Program-made: the position numbers and the translations under genes
Shown here: piece after piece, positions 38,691 to 47,308 of the stretch
Layout of the letters: each line of letters begins with the position of its first letter
Numbering within the stretch: the first letter of the stretch is position 1
The notes under the pieces: generated by a model
Database searches by the model: none
The model's input: only the letters and a program-made list of their open reading frames with translations
Told to the model about the DNA's origin: nothing
Assembly (NCBI GenBank): GCA_025454475.1
Contig: JALOOJ010000001.1
Coordinates: 6,015 to 70,014, forward strand
DNA length: 64,000 nt
Origin: Anaerolineae bacterium
GTDB taxonomy: Bacteria; Chloroflexota; Anaerolineae; B4-G1; SLSP01
Direction of reading: 5' to 3'

Positions 38691-39805
38691 TGCTCCCCCG
38701 AGTGCCCGATGGTGCCCAGTTCGGGCGAGTGGCCTGAAGGGCATCTTCGATCGCCTCCGCTTCCGAGCGGCCCGCTTCCGAGCGGCCCGGTCCCGCGCAA
38801 GCCCGGCACAAGCAGGCCCAGAAAGGCAATGCCCACGCGAAGGTCGAACGCCGGCGGGGAGAGCCGCGGGTAGGGCGAGTAGTCGTGCGCCAGGACCAGA
38901 AGGGGGATCACCGCAAGGACGCTCAGAACGGCGACGGCGCTATCGATGCCGGCCCAGACAGGTCGGCGATAGCGCGTGTACCGCACCTGGCTACCCACAC
39001 GCCACACTACCCACGCGGTCGCTAGCGATCCGGCAAGCAGCAGAGGCAACGACACGGCGCTCCCCTGAGGCAGCAACCGCATGACGCCGCCCGCAAGCAC
39101 ACACAGGAGCCCTCCCGTCAGGACGAGCTGGGAGACCACCGTTCTGCCGCCGTTTCGCTTGCTCGCCTGCTCGCCGGATTCGTCGCTGGCGAAGCCACGC
39201 GCGGTCATCGCTTCAGCCAACTGCAGCGCCCGCTCCAGCCCACCGATCAATACCGGCATGAACAGCGGCAACCAGTCGCGCAGGCCGCGCATACGATACC
39301 CACGGATGGCCTGCGCCTCGCGCACCTGCTGAAACTGGCGCAGGCTGCTCGGCACGAAGGTCGCGGCGATGGCCGAGACGACGGCGATGGGATAGAACGC
39401 CCGCGGCAGATACGCGATGAGGTCTCGCACCGGAACCGCCAGTGTGAGCACGGCAAACGCGCTGAAGAGCGTCGCCAGGATCAGGCCATTGATAGCCCCG
39501 TAGACCAACGACTCAACCGTCAGCGGCCCACCAATCAAGGGAATAGCATCGGGGAGGCGCAGGAAAACGGCCTCGCCGACATGACTGGTGAGGACGTTGA
39601 AGAGGGCGCCCGCGGGAACGGCAAATAACCCGAATCGCACAGGCGAGACGAAGGCGGGGAGTGGACCCTGAGGAAGCTGCCCGCGCACTGCGTCCGCAAC
39701 GACGCACGTGACCGCGAAATCAATGACCAGATACAGCGGGTTGCGGGTCGCGAGAGGCACCAGCGCCGCCGCAGCGATCCACAGGAACCACGCCAGGGGA
39801 TGCAT
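38675..39805 (-). CDS. ECF transporter transmembrane (T) component, CbiQ/EcfT family, with C-terminal extension
   Basis: EAMTARGF coupling motif typical of EcfT; the tail contains a GPLGSGPLGSG duplication caused by a 17-bp tandem DNA repeat. Confidence 0.7.
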   Translation of the reverse strand: MHPLAWFLWIAAAALVPLATRNPLYLVIDFAVTCVVADAVRGQLPQGPLPAFVSPVRFGLFAVPAGALFNVLTSHVGEAVFLRLPDAIPLIGGPLTVESLVYGAINGLILATLFSAFAVLTLAVPVRDLIAYLPRAFYPIAVVSAIAATFVPSSLRQFQQVREAQAIRGYRMRGLRDWLPLFMPVLIGGLERALQLAEAMTARGFASDESGEQASKRNGGRTVVSQLVLTGGLLCVLAGGVMRLLPQGSAVSLPLLLAGSLATAWVVWRVGSQVRYTRYRRPVWAGIDSAVAVLSVLAVIPLLVLAHDYSPYPRLSPPAFDLRVGIAFLGLLVPGLRGTGPLGSGPLGSGGDRRCPSGHSPELGTIGHSGEQHDHV

Positions 39806-40701
39806 CAGCCACGCGCCTCACGCGTCGCCGTACCGCTTGCTGCCGCACGCTCGCCTGCGACGTACGCCGCAGGTCCCGCCGCCACCGTGAAGAAAAAGCG
39901 CCGGGCGAACCGACGGAGGGTACGCACGGTCGGCGCCCCGAACAGCAGGATCATGGCCACAGTGCCCACCGCCCGCATCGCGTCCCAGATAAGGGAGGTA
40001 GCGATATAGAATGCCAGGAAGCGCTGAAGCGTCTCGCCAAGCCCAACCCCAGGCTGCCAGTGCTGCGTGTCAGGGCCGATGGCAAAGGGCCAGAACCAGA
40101 GGTCCATCAAGGCGCCAAAAGCCAGGCCCCAGACAGCGCCATAGCCCGCAAGCAGGACCAACTCCCATCGCGTGCCCTGCGCGTGGAACGCACGACTCAA
40201 CGCGAGCACCAGGGGCGCGCCCAGCCCGATCCACCCGGCAACGAGCATGCGGTAAGGGAGCCACGGCCCGATCCCGCCCGTGATGAGCGCCGAGACAAAG
40301 AGCGTGAGCGAGCCCAGCAGGAAGCCGAAGCGCCCCCCATACACGTAACCGCCCAGGATGATCAGGAAGAAGGTTGGGCTGAACCCACCTGGCCCGGGGA
40401 TCGCCGTCTCCAGAAAGCCCAGGACCGCGTTGAGCCCCACCAGCACACCAAGCAGCGCGGTGCGCTTGGCGTCGGACGTCGCTTCGCCCTGCGCCTCGAG
40501 CAACAGCGCCACCAACGAAAAACCACCCAACAGCCCCAGGAAGAGGGGCGAGTCCACGGCATGGGCAAGCCCACCCGAGGAGGTCAGCGAGGGGATGAAG
40601 AAGGGGTAAAGAAACGCCACGACCCCGATAAGCGACGTGAGGCCATAAACCACCCAGCGCAACGCGTTCGCTGTCGAGCGGACCGCCTTCCTGGCAGCCA
40701 T
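39805..40701 (-). CDS. ECF transporter substrate-specific (S) component, candidate corrinoid-specific (CbrT-like)
   Basis: Six-TM small integral membrane protein directly upstream of EcfT/EcfA, inside a cobalamin-riboswitch operon. Confidence 0.55.
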   Translation of the reverse strand: MAARKAVRSTANALRWVVYGLTSLIGVVAFLYPFFIPSLTSSGGLAHAVDSPLFLGLLGGFSLVALLLEAQGEATSDAKRTALLGVLVGLNAVLGFLETAIPGPGGFSPTFFLIILGGYVYGGRFGFLLGSLTLFVSALITGGIGPWLPYRMLVAGWIGLGAPLVLALSRAFHAQGTRWELVLLAGYGAVWGLAFGALMDLWFWPFAIGPDTQHWQPGVGLGETLQRFLAFYIATSLIWDAMRAVGTVAMILLFGAPTVRTLRRFARRFFFTVAAGPAAYVAGERAAASGTATREARG

Positions 40702-41600
40702 TACCCTTCCCTGCGCCTATGCCTCAGGAACAGCGAGACGCTCCCCACCGCCGCCAGGATAACCGCGAACGCGACGTAGCCGGACGAACTGGACGGCTCC
40801 GAGATGGGTGCTTCGGTATCAACAGGCTGATCATCGGGCCTGGCTGTGGGCGCCAACGCTGTTGGGAGCGGCGGTTCCGGAGACGAAGGAGCAGGTGTAG
40901 CGGAGGCCGTCGCGGGGATGGCTGCCGGTGAGGCCGTGGGGGTCGCGGAGGGCTCCGGCGTCTGCGTCGGATCGAGTGCTTTCATCGTAGCCGTCGGGCC
41001 GGCTGTGACTGCAGGGACTGGGACCGGCGTCGTGGTGGGCGCCAACGTCGCGGGTGTGATGCTAGCCTCCGTGGGAACAGGTGTCGCAGAACTCTGCACG
41101 GGCGCAGCCCCACAGATGGCCTCAAAGCTCACCGCAGGGGGAAGCGACGTCGTGTCACCCCACATCCAGCCGTCGACATCCCCATTCCCGAGCTGCCGCA
41201 GAGCCGCCCCCAAGGGGGCATAGGCCCAGGAGCCATCGGCGTTACGTTGGAAGTAGATCCAGTAGGCGCACGGAGTGCCTTTACACTCGCACCAGCAGTC
41301 CGAAGTTGGGCAGCCCTCGCCGTTCAGCGAGCAGATTGTAGCGCCCATCGGACCGGTGGAAGCGGTGAAGAGGATACCCGAACGCTGCAGGAGAGTGAGT
41401 CCCGAGATCTGCGCCTCGTCGAAGCGAACACAGCGTGTCGTGACCCGCCCATCGCCGTGGACAACAACCAGGCCCGCCTGGTTGCCCCCTTCCTGCGCGC
41501 GAATGGGAGATGCGAAGACGACAGACAACAGGAGCAGGGGCAAAGCTCGCTTTGCCCCGCTCCTGGTTAGCCGCATCACGAGCCGCAGACCCTGCCTCAA
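40701..41600 (-). CDS. secreted, membrane-anchored DUF4430-like protein (transcobalamin/intrinsic-factor beta-domain-like)
   Basis: Signal peptide; GLVVVHGDGRVTTRCVRFDE...ISGLTLLQRSG...GPMGATICSLNG...YWIYFQRNADGSW...NGDVDGWMWG follows the DUF4430/transcobalamin beta-domain pattern. Pro/Thr-rich linker, then C-terminal TM plus basic tail. True start may be the ATG at 41576. Confidence 0.55.
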   Translation of the reverse strand: MRQGLRLVMRLTRSGAKRALPLLLLSVVFASPIRAQEGGNQAGLVVVHGDGRVTTRCVRFDEAQISGLTLLQRSGILFTASTGPMGATICSLNGEGCPTSDCWCECKGTPCAYWIYFQRNADGSWAYAPLGAALRQLGNGDVDGWMWGDTTSLPPAVSFEAICGAAPVQSSATPVPTEASITPATLAPTTTPVPVPAVTAGPTATMKALDPTQTPEPSATPTASPAAIPATASATPAPSSPEPPLPTALAPTARPDDQPVDTEAPISEPSSSSGYVAFAVILAAVGSVSLFLRHRRREG

Positions 41601-41624
41601 GACCCGGCCCTCATCTGCTTCAGG

Positions 41625-42770
41625 TTAACGGCGCCGCCGCGCCGCGTTTCCAAGCCCCGAGACCAATCCGGCGAGCAGCACAGTCCCGGACAGGAGAAGG
41701 GTCGCTATGACACCGGCGGATGCACCCGACTCGGGCAGGAGAGGTACCGCTGCCGCAGCGACTGCCACACCCTGGGGTGGACGGGAAGCACCTACAACGC
41801 TCAGGGAGGCCAGCGTCAGCCCTTCAGTAGCCTGGACTGCCTGCGCAGTAGCCAGCATATTGGCGAAGGGCACCGCGGCCTGCCAGAAGTAGGCACCGCT
41901 CGCGCTGTCCGCCAAGGACAACAGCGCGCCAGTCGGGTCGGTGCCGCTGGACGCAAAGGGACCCATCTGCGCACCGAGCGCCTTCAACGCCTGCAGCACC
42001 ACCGCAGTGGAGTTAGCATCGCTGTCTGTGCCCCAGGCCGAGGGCTTCTGATAGGGGAAGCCGCCATCCGCGTTCTGCATACGCTGCAGATAGGGCAGCG
42101 CGCCGGCCGCAGCGTCGGCTCTGCCAACGGCGATCAGCGCCTGCATCACCAGCGCGGTCGTGTTCGTATCCGCGGTTCCGGGCGTCGTCCCGCCGAACAG
42201 CGCCCAGGCGCCATCGTCGGTGAACTGCGAGGTCATCGCAGCTACGGCGCTCTCAGGGATCGGCGCTCCCGCGCTATGCAGGGCCAGGACAACATAGGCA
42301 TGCTTGAACAGGGTATCGCCATACACCCCCGTCGACGCGTTCTGCTGCGCCGCCATCTTCTCGATCAGGTTTGTCCCGCCGAACGCCCGGGGATCCTGCC
42401 CCGTCGCCACGGCGACGAATGCGGCCTTGCTCAGGTCACCTACATCCGTCACCTGCCCAGCCGCAACCCGCGACGCCACGAAATCCAGCGGTGTCCTGTC
42501 GGCTGCGGTCACCCAGGTGCTGACGTCCTGACCGGCAGCGATAGCGGCGAGAATCACCTCAGCCGTCGTACCAAAGTCTGACCCGGCGGCAAACCCTGAG
42601 GAAAAACCACCATCCGATTCCTGACTCTGGCGCAGCCATGCCAGCGCCGCATCATTCTGTGGGAAATCCGCCGCCATCACCGGGGCCGCCGTCACCGGCG
42701 CCGCCGTCACCGGCGCTGCGACCATCAGCGCAGCGAGCGCCAAAGCAATTATGCTACCCAATCTGTTCAT
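41625..42770 (-). CDS. secreted alpha/alpha-toroid (prenyltransferase/squalene-oxidase-repeat-like) protein with LPESG sortase-type sorting signal; transcobalamin alpha-domain-like
   Basis: Start at MNRLGS with AGGAGGAG RBS; signal peptide; repeated DGGF...AL.A.G units; C-terminal LPESG plus hydrophobic stretch plus RRRR. Confidence 0.5.
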   Translation of the reverse strand: MNRLGSIIALALAALMVAAPVTAAPVTAAPVMAADFPQNDAALAWLRQSQESDGGFSSGFAAGSDFGTTAEVILAAIAAGQDVSTWVTAADRTPLDFVASRVAAGQVTDVGDLSKAAFVAVATGQDPRAFGGTNLIEKMAAQQNASTGVYGDTLFKHAYVVLALHSAGAPIPESAVAAMTSQFTDDGAWALFGGTTPGTADTNTTALVMQALIAVGRADAAAGALPYLQRMQNADGGFPYQKPSAWGTDSDANSTAVVLQALKALGAQMGPFASSGTDPTGALLSLADSASGAYFWQAAVPFANMLATAQAVQATEGLTLASLSVVGASRPPQGVAVAAAAVPLLPESGASAGVIATLLLSGTVLLAGLVSGLGNAARRRR

Positions 42771-42821
42771 GGTCCGACTCCTCCTGATGAGATCACGCAA
42801 CTAGAGCGTGCCCGAGAAACA

Positions 42822-43075
42822 AAAAAACCTTCCCCGCAGATCGAGGGAAGGTTCGGCGACAGTCTGTGGCCTGTGACCACACATCCTTGTCGCGTGCCAC
42901 CTCCTTTCCGCGAAGGGCAGCTAGCACTGACCGGGGCGGAGTATCGGGCTTGCCTCTAGCTAAGAGAGGTCACCGTTGCGGGACAGCGCCGGATTCTCAC
43001 CGGACTTCCTCACATCAAGCACCAGCCCATCGACGGGTCTGGCGCACCCCAGCCATATCGCTATTTGCTTGTACG
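42822..43075 (-). promoter_or_regulatory. cobalamin (AdoCbl) riboswitch with terminator-type expression platform
   Basis: Minus-strand RNA contains aggaagtccggtgagaatccggcgctgtcccgcaacggtga, near-identical to the B12-box consensus AGGGAAGCCGGTGAGAATCCGGCGCGGTCCCGCCACTGTGA. At the 3' end the hairpin ccttccc-tcgatctgcg-gggaagg is followed by seven U and lies just 5' of the RBS (AGGAGGAG) of the ATG at 42770. Confidence 0.85.
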
Positions 43076-43083
43076 ACGAGAAC

Positions 43084-43111
43084 AGTATAGCACGCGAGTG
43101 GGCGAAAGCAA
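43084..43111 (-). promoter_or_regulatory. sigma70-type promoter for the riboswitch transcript (TTGCTT-16-TATACT)
   Basis: Minus-strand ttgctttcgcccactcgcgtgctatact immediately upstream of the riboswitch. Confidence 0.45.
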
Positions 43112-43614
43112 GCGCATCGACCTTTCGGGTCCTTCGGGATGCTCGTCACATCCGCGCATCGTGGGTACCGCGTACGGCCAGAAGTAGGCAGGTGCTCTCC
43201 GCGTGGGACGACCGCTTCCGAGCGGCTCTATCTTGCCTGCGCCCGGAACGGGCGCTCACCCGCGGCAAGGTGACGAGCGCATAGCCAGGCATACTGCGTC
43301 GGCAGGCACTCTCTGCGCGGGGCGAACCTGAAGCTCGCCCCCCGGCAGCCGAGTACTGACGCTATGCGGAGAAGACACTCCTACCGGATGGGCGACATGC
43401 AACGTCGCCCTACTGCAGCGGGGAGCGCGCACGGTTGTGCAGAATGGGAATGGACACCCGGGCGTTCGCATCCGCTGAAGCGCCGCCGTCCTGGCGGCCA
43501 TCACCTCGATTGTGGCATGCGAGTACGCAGGCTTTGGCGCAAGCCGGAGGCCTGACCACTTGGCCGGTTAGCGTTATCGCCTAGACTAAAGACATCACCC
43601 GTCAAGGAGGGCTT

Positions 43615-44691
43615 ATGCGCGCGAAGGTCTCGTTGATCACCGGGGCGGCCGGTGAGGTTGGACAGGCGCTGATTCAGCGGCTGTCCACCGACTATGCCTG
43701 CGAGCAGCCGACAGCTGCTGCGACGCCACGGCAGATACTGGCACTCGATCTGAACCCGCTGCCGACAGCTCTGCCCGCCAACGTTCACCAGGTGCAGGGC
43801 AGCATCCTCGACACGGGGCTGCTCGATCGCCTCGTCAGCGAGTATGAGATCGAGGAGATCTACCATCTGGCTGCGCTGCTCTCAACGCGGGCCGAGTTCT
43901 CGCCGGATGCAGCCCACCGGGTCAACGTCGAGGGAACGCTGGCGCTGTTGCACCTCGCGGCACAGCAGTCGGAGTGGCGCAACGAGCCGGTCCGGTTCAT
44001 CTTCCCCAGCTCGATCGCGGTCTTTGGGCTGCCTGACCAGAAGACCAAGGCGACGGCGCCTCGAGTCCGCGAGTGGGAGTGGAACTACCCCACGACGATG
44101 TATGGGTGCAACAAGCTCTACTGCGAGCTCTTAGGTGTTTACTTCAGCCGACATTACCGGCAACTGGCCGCGGATCGTCCCACGAGCCTGGATTTCCGGG
44201 CGGTCCGGTTCCCAGGCCTCGTGAGCGCATTCACGATTCCCAGCGGCGGGACGAGCGACTACGGCCCTGAGATGCTGCATGCGGCCGCACAGCGCAAGCC
44301 TTATGCATGTTTTGTACGTGAGGACGTGCGCATCCCCTTCATGGCGATGCCGGATGCGGTGAAGGCATTGATCGATCTGGCACGCGCACCACAGGAGGCG
44401 CTGAGCCGTCCGGTGTACAACGTGACCAGCTTCAGCCTGTCCGCAGCGGAGTTCCGCGACCACGTTCTGCGCCACTTCCCCGATGCGCAGATCGGCTTCG
44501 CGCCGGACCTTAAGCGACAGCAGATTGTCGAGACCTGGCCCGCGGATCTCGATGACAGTACGGCGCGGCGCGACTGGGCATGGCACCCCGACTACGACGT
44601 CGACCGAGCCTTCGCCGAGTATCTCGTTCCCAACATCCGCCGTAGATACGAGGTGGGTGTGCCGGTGCCCACTGGCGACAACTGCGCTTAG
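43615..44691 (+). CDS. NAD-dependent epimerase/dehydratase family SDR (L-threonine 3-dehydrogenase-like)
   Basis: GAAGEVG Rossmann motif, YGCNK catalytic Y-x3-K; AGGAGGG RBS. Confidence 0.75.
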   Translation: MRAKVSLITGAAGEVGQALIQRLSTDYACEQPTAAATPRQILALDLNPLPTALPANVHQVQGSILDTGLLDRLVSEYEIEEIYHLAALLSTRAEFSPDAAHRVNVEGTLALLHLAAQQSEWRNEPVRFIFPSSIAVFGLPDQKTKATAPRVREWEWNYPTTMYGCNKLYCELLGVYFSRHYRQLAADRPTSLDFRAVRFPGLVSAFTIPSGGTSDYGPEMLHAAAQRKPYACFVREDVRIPFMAMPDAVKALIDLARAPQEALSRPVYNVTSFSLSAAEFRDHVLRHFPDAQIGFAPDLKRQQIVETWPADLDDSTARRDWAWHPDYDVDRAFAEYLVPNIRRRYEVGVPVPTGDNCA

Positions 44692-44768
44692 CGACGTAGC
44701 ATTATTGCGTCATAGGGCGGAGAACTGTGCTTCGCCCTGCGGCGCTACGACGCCAAAGCGCTAGCCCC

Positions 44769-45380
44769 TCAGAAAAGCGATAGCTGCTCCGCCTCCGGCG
44801 GCGGGGTGTAGGTCTCAGCCGCCAGCTTATCATCAAGCAGCGCCCGCAGCAGCCCAAAATCCGCATCGATTACACTTCGGAGACTTGGCTGGTGCAGCGC
44901 TGCTGCCGGATGATACATAGGAAAGTAGATCTGACCGGCAGCGGACCGCGGCTGTCCGTGGATTTGGGAGATCTTCGTCTCAGGAAACGCGCGGGCCATC
45001 GAGTGCCGCCCGAGCGTCACAATAACCTTGGGCGCGATGATCTCGATCTGCGAATCGAGAAAGTGCTTGCAGGCCGTCACCTCGTCAACCTCCGGATCAC
45101 GGTTGCCTGGAGGGCGGCACTTAATCACGTTCGTGATGAAAACCTGCCTACGGGCGATGCCGGACTTCTCCAGTAGTTCGTTGAGGAGGCGGCCGGCTGC
45201 CCCAACAAAGGGAACGCCCTGCTGATCCTCGTGGAATCCCGGCGCCTCGCCGACGAACATGATGAGCGCGTCCGCAGGACCGTCACCAGGCACAGCATTC
45301 GTGCGACCACGATGGAGCGGGCACGCCGTACAGGCGCGGATCTGAGCGTGCAGGGCATTAAGGGTTTCTTCTCGGTGCAT
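44769..45380 (-). CDS. uracil-DNA glycosylase, family 4 (UdgA-type, 4Fe-4S)
   Basis: CTACPLHRGRTNAVPGDG...MFVGEAPGFHED...GRLL signature. Confidence 0.85.
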   Translation of the reverse strand: MHREETLNALHAQIRACTACPLHRGRTNAVPGDGPADALIMFVGEAPGFHEDQQGVPFVGAAGRLLNELLEKSGIARRQVFITNVIKCRPPGNRDPEVDEVTACKHFLDSQIEIIAPKVIVTLGRHSMARAFPETKISQIHGQPRSAAGQIYFPMYHPAAALHQPSLRSVIDADFGLLRALLDDKLAAETYTPPPEAEQLSLF

Positions 45381-45397
45381 TCGCTGGTCTCCTTGAG

Positions 45398-46000
45398 CTA
45401 GGGCGCGCTACGGCCCATGTCGGCTGGAACACCCCCAAGTCCGACCGGCCTGATCTCAAGATCGGCCATCAACTCCAATAGGCGCGTGCGAACGCGCGGG
45501 GGGTAATCCGGGTCTTTTTCCAGGTAGACGTGCAGCAGATAAGCGTCCTCACCGTCCGCATAGTAGCGATGCAGTCGCGAGTACTGCACGAATTGCCATT
45601 TCGAATACAGATTCAGCGCGACTTCGTTGGAGACGCGCACCTCGAGGCCTACCATCCGCGCACCGTCGCATATTGCCTGGTCGATCGCGGTCAGCAGCAG
45701 GGCTTCACCTAGCCGCTGTCCACGCCACTCGGGACGCAGTGCCAGCGTGCTGATATGGCCTTGCGTGCCCTCGACCCGCATCCCCACAAACCCGATCAGC
45801 CGGGCTGACTGCCGACGCCGATGGGTGTGCCACGTACGCGCCTGCGCAGGGTCAAGTAACTCAAGGACGAAGTAGTGGGCATTGGTGTTGAAGTACAGTT
45901 CCTGCACATAGGCAGACTCGGGCCACGGATCGCGAAACACCTGTCGGTCCAGCGAGGCAACTGCGGGGATATCCCGCCCTTCCATAGGACGGATAAGCAT
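45398..46000 (-). CDS. rimI: ribosomal-protein-alanine N-acetyltransferase (GNAT)
   Basis: Start at MLIRPMEGRDI; GNAT motif A (RGQRLGEALL); adjacent to tsaB and tsaE. Confidence 0.75.
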   Translation of the reverse strand: MLIRPMEGRDIPAVASLDRQVFRDPWPESAYVQELYFNTNAHYFVLELLDPAQARTWHTHRRRQSARLIGFVGMRVEGTQGHISTLALRPEWRGQRLGEALLLTAIDQAICDGARMVGLEVRVSNEVALNLYSKWQFVQYSRLHRYYADGEDAYLLHVYLEKDPDYPPRVRTRLLELMADLEIRPVGLGGVPADMGRSAP

Positions 46001-46053
46001 AGCCCCCTTGACGCGAATGGCTGGTGTCCCCCCGTGTCCTTCCGGGGCAGTAC

Positions 46054-46716
46054 TCATCTCGCGTACAGCGGCAGGAGCGCCGAAGGCGCATCAACCTGGT
46101 TCGCGCGCAACCTGCGCCACGCGATATCGGCTAGGTAGCCCGCCCTGCGCAAGTGCCGCGCAGGCTCCGGAATCTCCACCCGTCCAAACAGCGGTCGTAA
46201 GGTCTCCCGGCCCGCTGACTCAATCTCACCAACGACGATCGCCGGAAGGTCGAGTTGATCGGCGAACTGTCGCCAGGTGGTCACCTGAACGCCGGTTTCA
46301 GCCTGCCAACCAGCCGGGAACGACGATCCCTCGCGATACCGATAGCGCGCAAAGCCGACGCGCTTGCGCCCCGCGGCGAATATCGGGTACAGCGGGCGAT
46401 CGTCCGGAAGCTGCGCGCTGGCAAGCACGTCCAGCGTCGTGATGCCCACCAGCGGGAGCTTACGCGCGGACGCCAATCCCTTGGCCACAGACACCCCAAT
46501 GCGCACACCGGTGAACGACCCCGGGCCAATGCAGACGGCGATCGCCGTAATGTCATCCGCCGTGAGTCCCGAGTTACCCAACAACTGCACGATGGCTGGA
46601 AGGAGTGTGACCGTGTGCTGGCTTGCGGCCTCCCACGTGCATTCCGCACGGAGCGTCGTCCCGTCGTGCAGCGCGATGCTCGCGCGTTGGGTCGCAGTAT
46701 CGAGCGCTAGTAGCAT
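46054..46716 (-). CDS. tsaB: tRNA threonylcarbamoyladenosine biosynthesis protein TsaB (YeaZ)
   Basis: MLLALDTATQRASIALHDG...IAVCIGPGSFTGVRIGVSVAKGLA. Confidence 0.85.
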   Translation of the reverse strand: MLLALDTATQRASIALHDGTTLRAECTWEAASQHTVTLLPAIVQLLGNSGLTADDITAIAVCIGPGSFTGVRIGVSVAKGLASARKLPLVGITTLDVLASAQLPDDRPLYPIFAAGRKRVGFARYRYREGSSFPAGWQAETGVQVTTWRQFADQLDLPAIVVGEIESAGRETLRPLFGRVEIPEPARHLRRAGYLADIAWRRLRANQVDAPSALLPLYAR

Positions 46717-47219
46717 CACTGGCCTGTAAGCTCCTGTCTGAAGCTGTTCAAAATCATCTGATGCCGTTCCCCCTGAGCTTGAAACACCAGCGACCGACGA
46801 TACTCATCGAGGATGCGAAGGTGAATCCACAGCCGGTCATCAGACAAAAGCCCCATATGACGTTCGGGCCACTCGACCAGACTGACAGCCCCGGGCGAGC
46901 CGACGATCTCATCCAGGCCCAGCATCTCAACCTCAGCCGCAGTGGTCAAGCGGTAGAGATCGATGTGGTAGAGCTCGAGCGCATCCTGGTGTCGCCGGTG
47001 GCGGCGCATCAGCACATAGGTCGGGCTCACAAGGCGCGTGGTCGAGCCCCAGCCCATCCCGACGCCTTGCGCAAACACGGTCTTGCCCGAACCGAGATCG
47101 CCTTCCAACGCCATGATATCGCCCCCCCCGAGATACCGCCCGAGACGTGCCCCCACACGCAGTGTCTGGTCAGGGCTACGGCTGATGAACTCCAGCGTGT
47201 CTTTGGTCAGAATCGGCAT
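46716..47219 (-). CDS. tsaE: tRNA threonylcarbamoyladenosine biosynthesis ATPase TsaE (YjeE)
   Basis: P-loop GDLGSGKTVFAQG; overlaps the tsaB start. Confidence 0.85.
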   Translation of the reverse strand: MPILTKDTLEFISRSPDQTLRVGARLGRYLGGGDIMALEGDLGSGKTVFAQGVGMGWGSTTRLVSPTYVLMRRHRRHQDALELYHIDLYRLTTAAEVEMLGLDEIVGSPGAVSLVEWPERHMGLLSDDRLWIHLRILDEYRRSLVFQAQGERHQMILNSFRQELTGQ

Positions 47220-47308
47220 CTTGTCCTGGCAGGCGACTTGGTTTCAGTGGTAGCGTCATTATACACCAGGCCAGAGGAGTTCAAACACGTGGAACTGCTT
47301 GGGAGAGC

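Noticed and set aside
22523-44745. Shared tagggcgRag...cttcgccct motif at 22523-22607 and 44713-44745 as a second repeat family
   Set aside because: Only about 8-9 nt shared. Both are explained as ordinary GC hairpins; the latter is a bidirectional terminator between convergent genes. Insufficient similarity to call a family.
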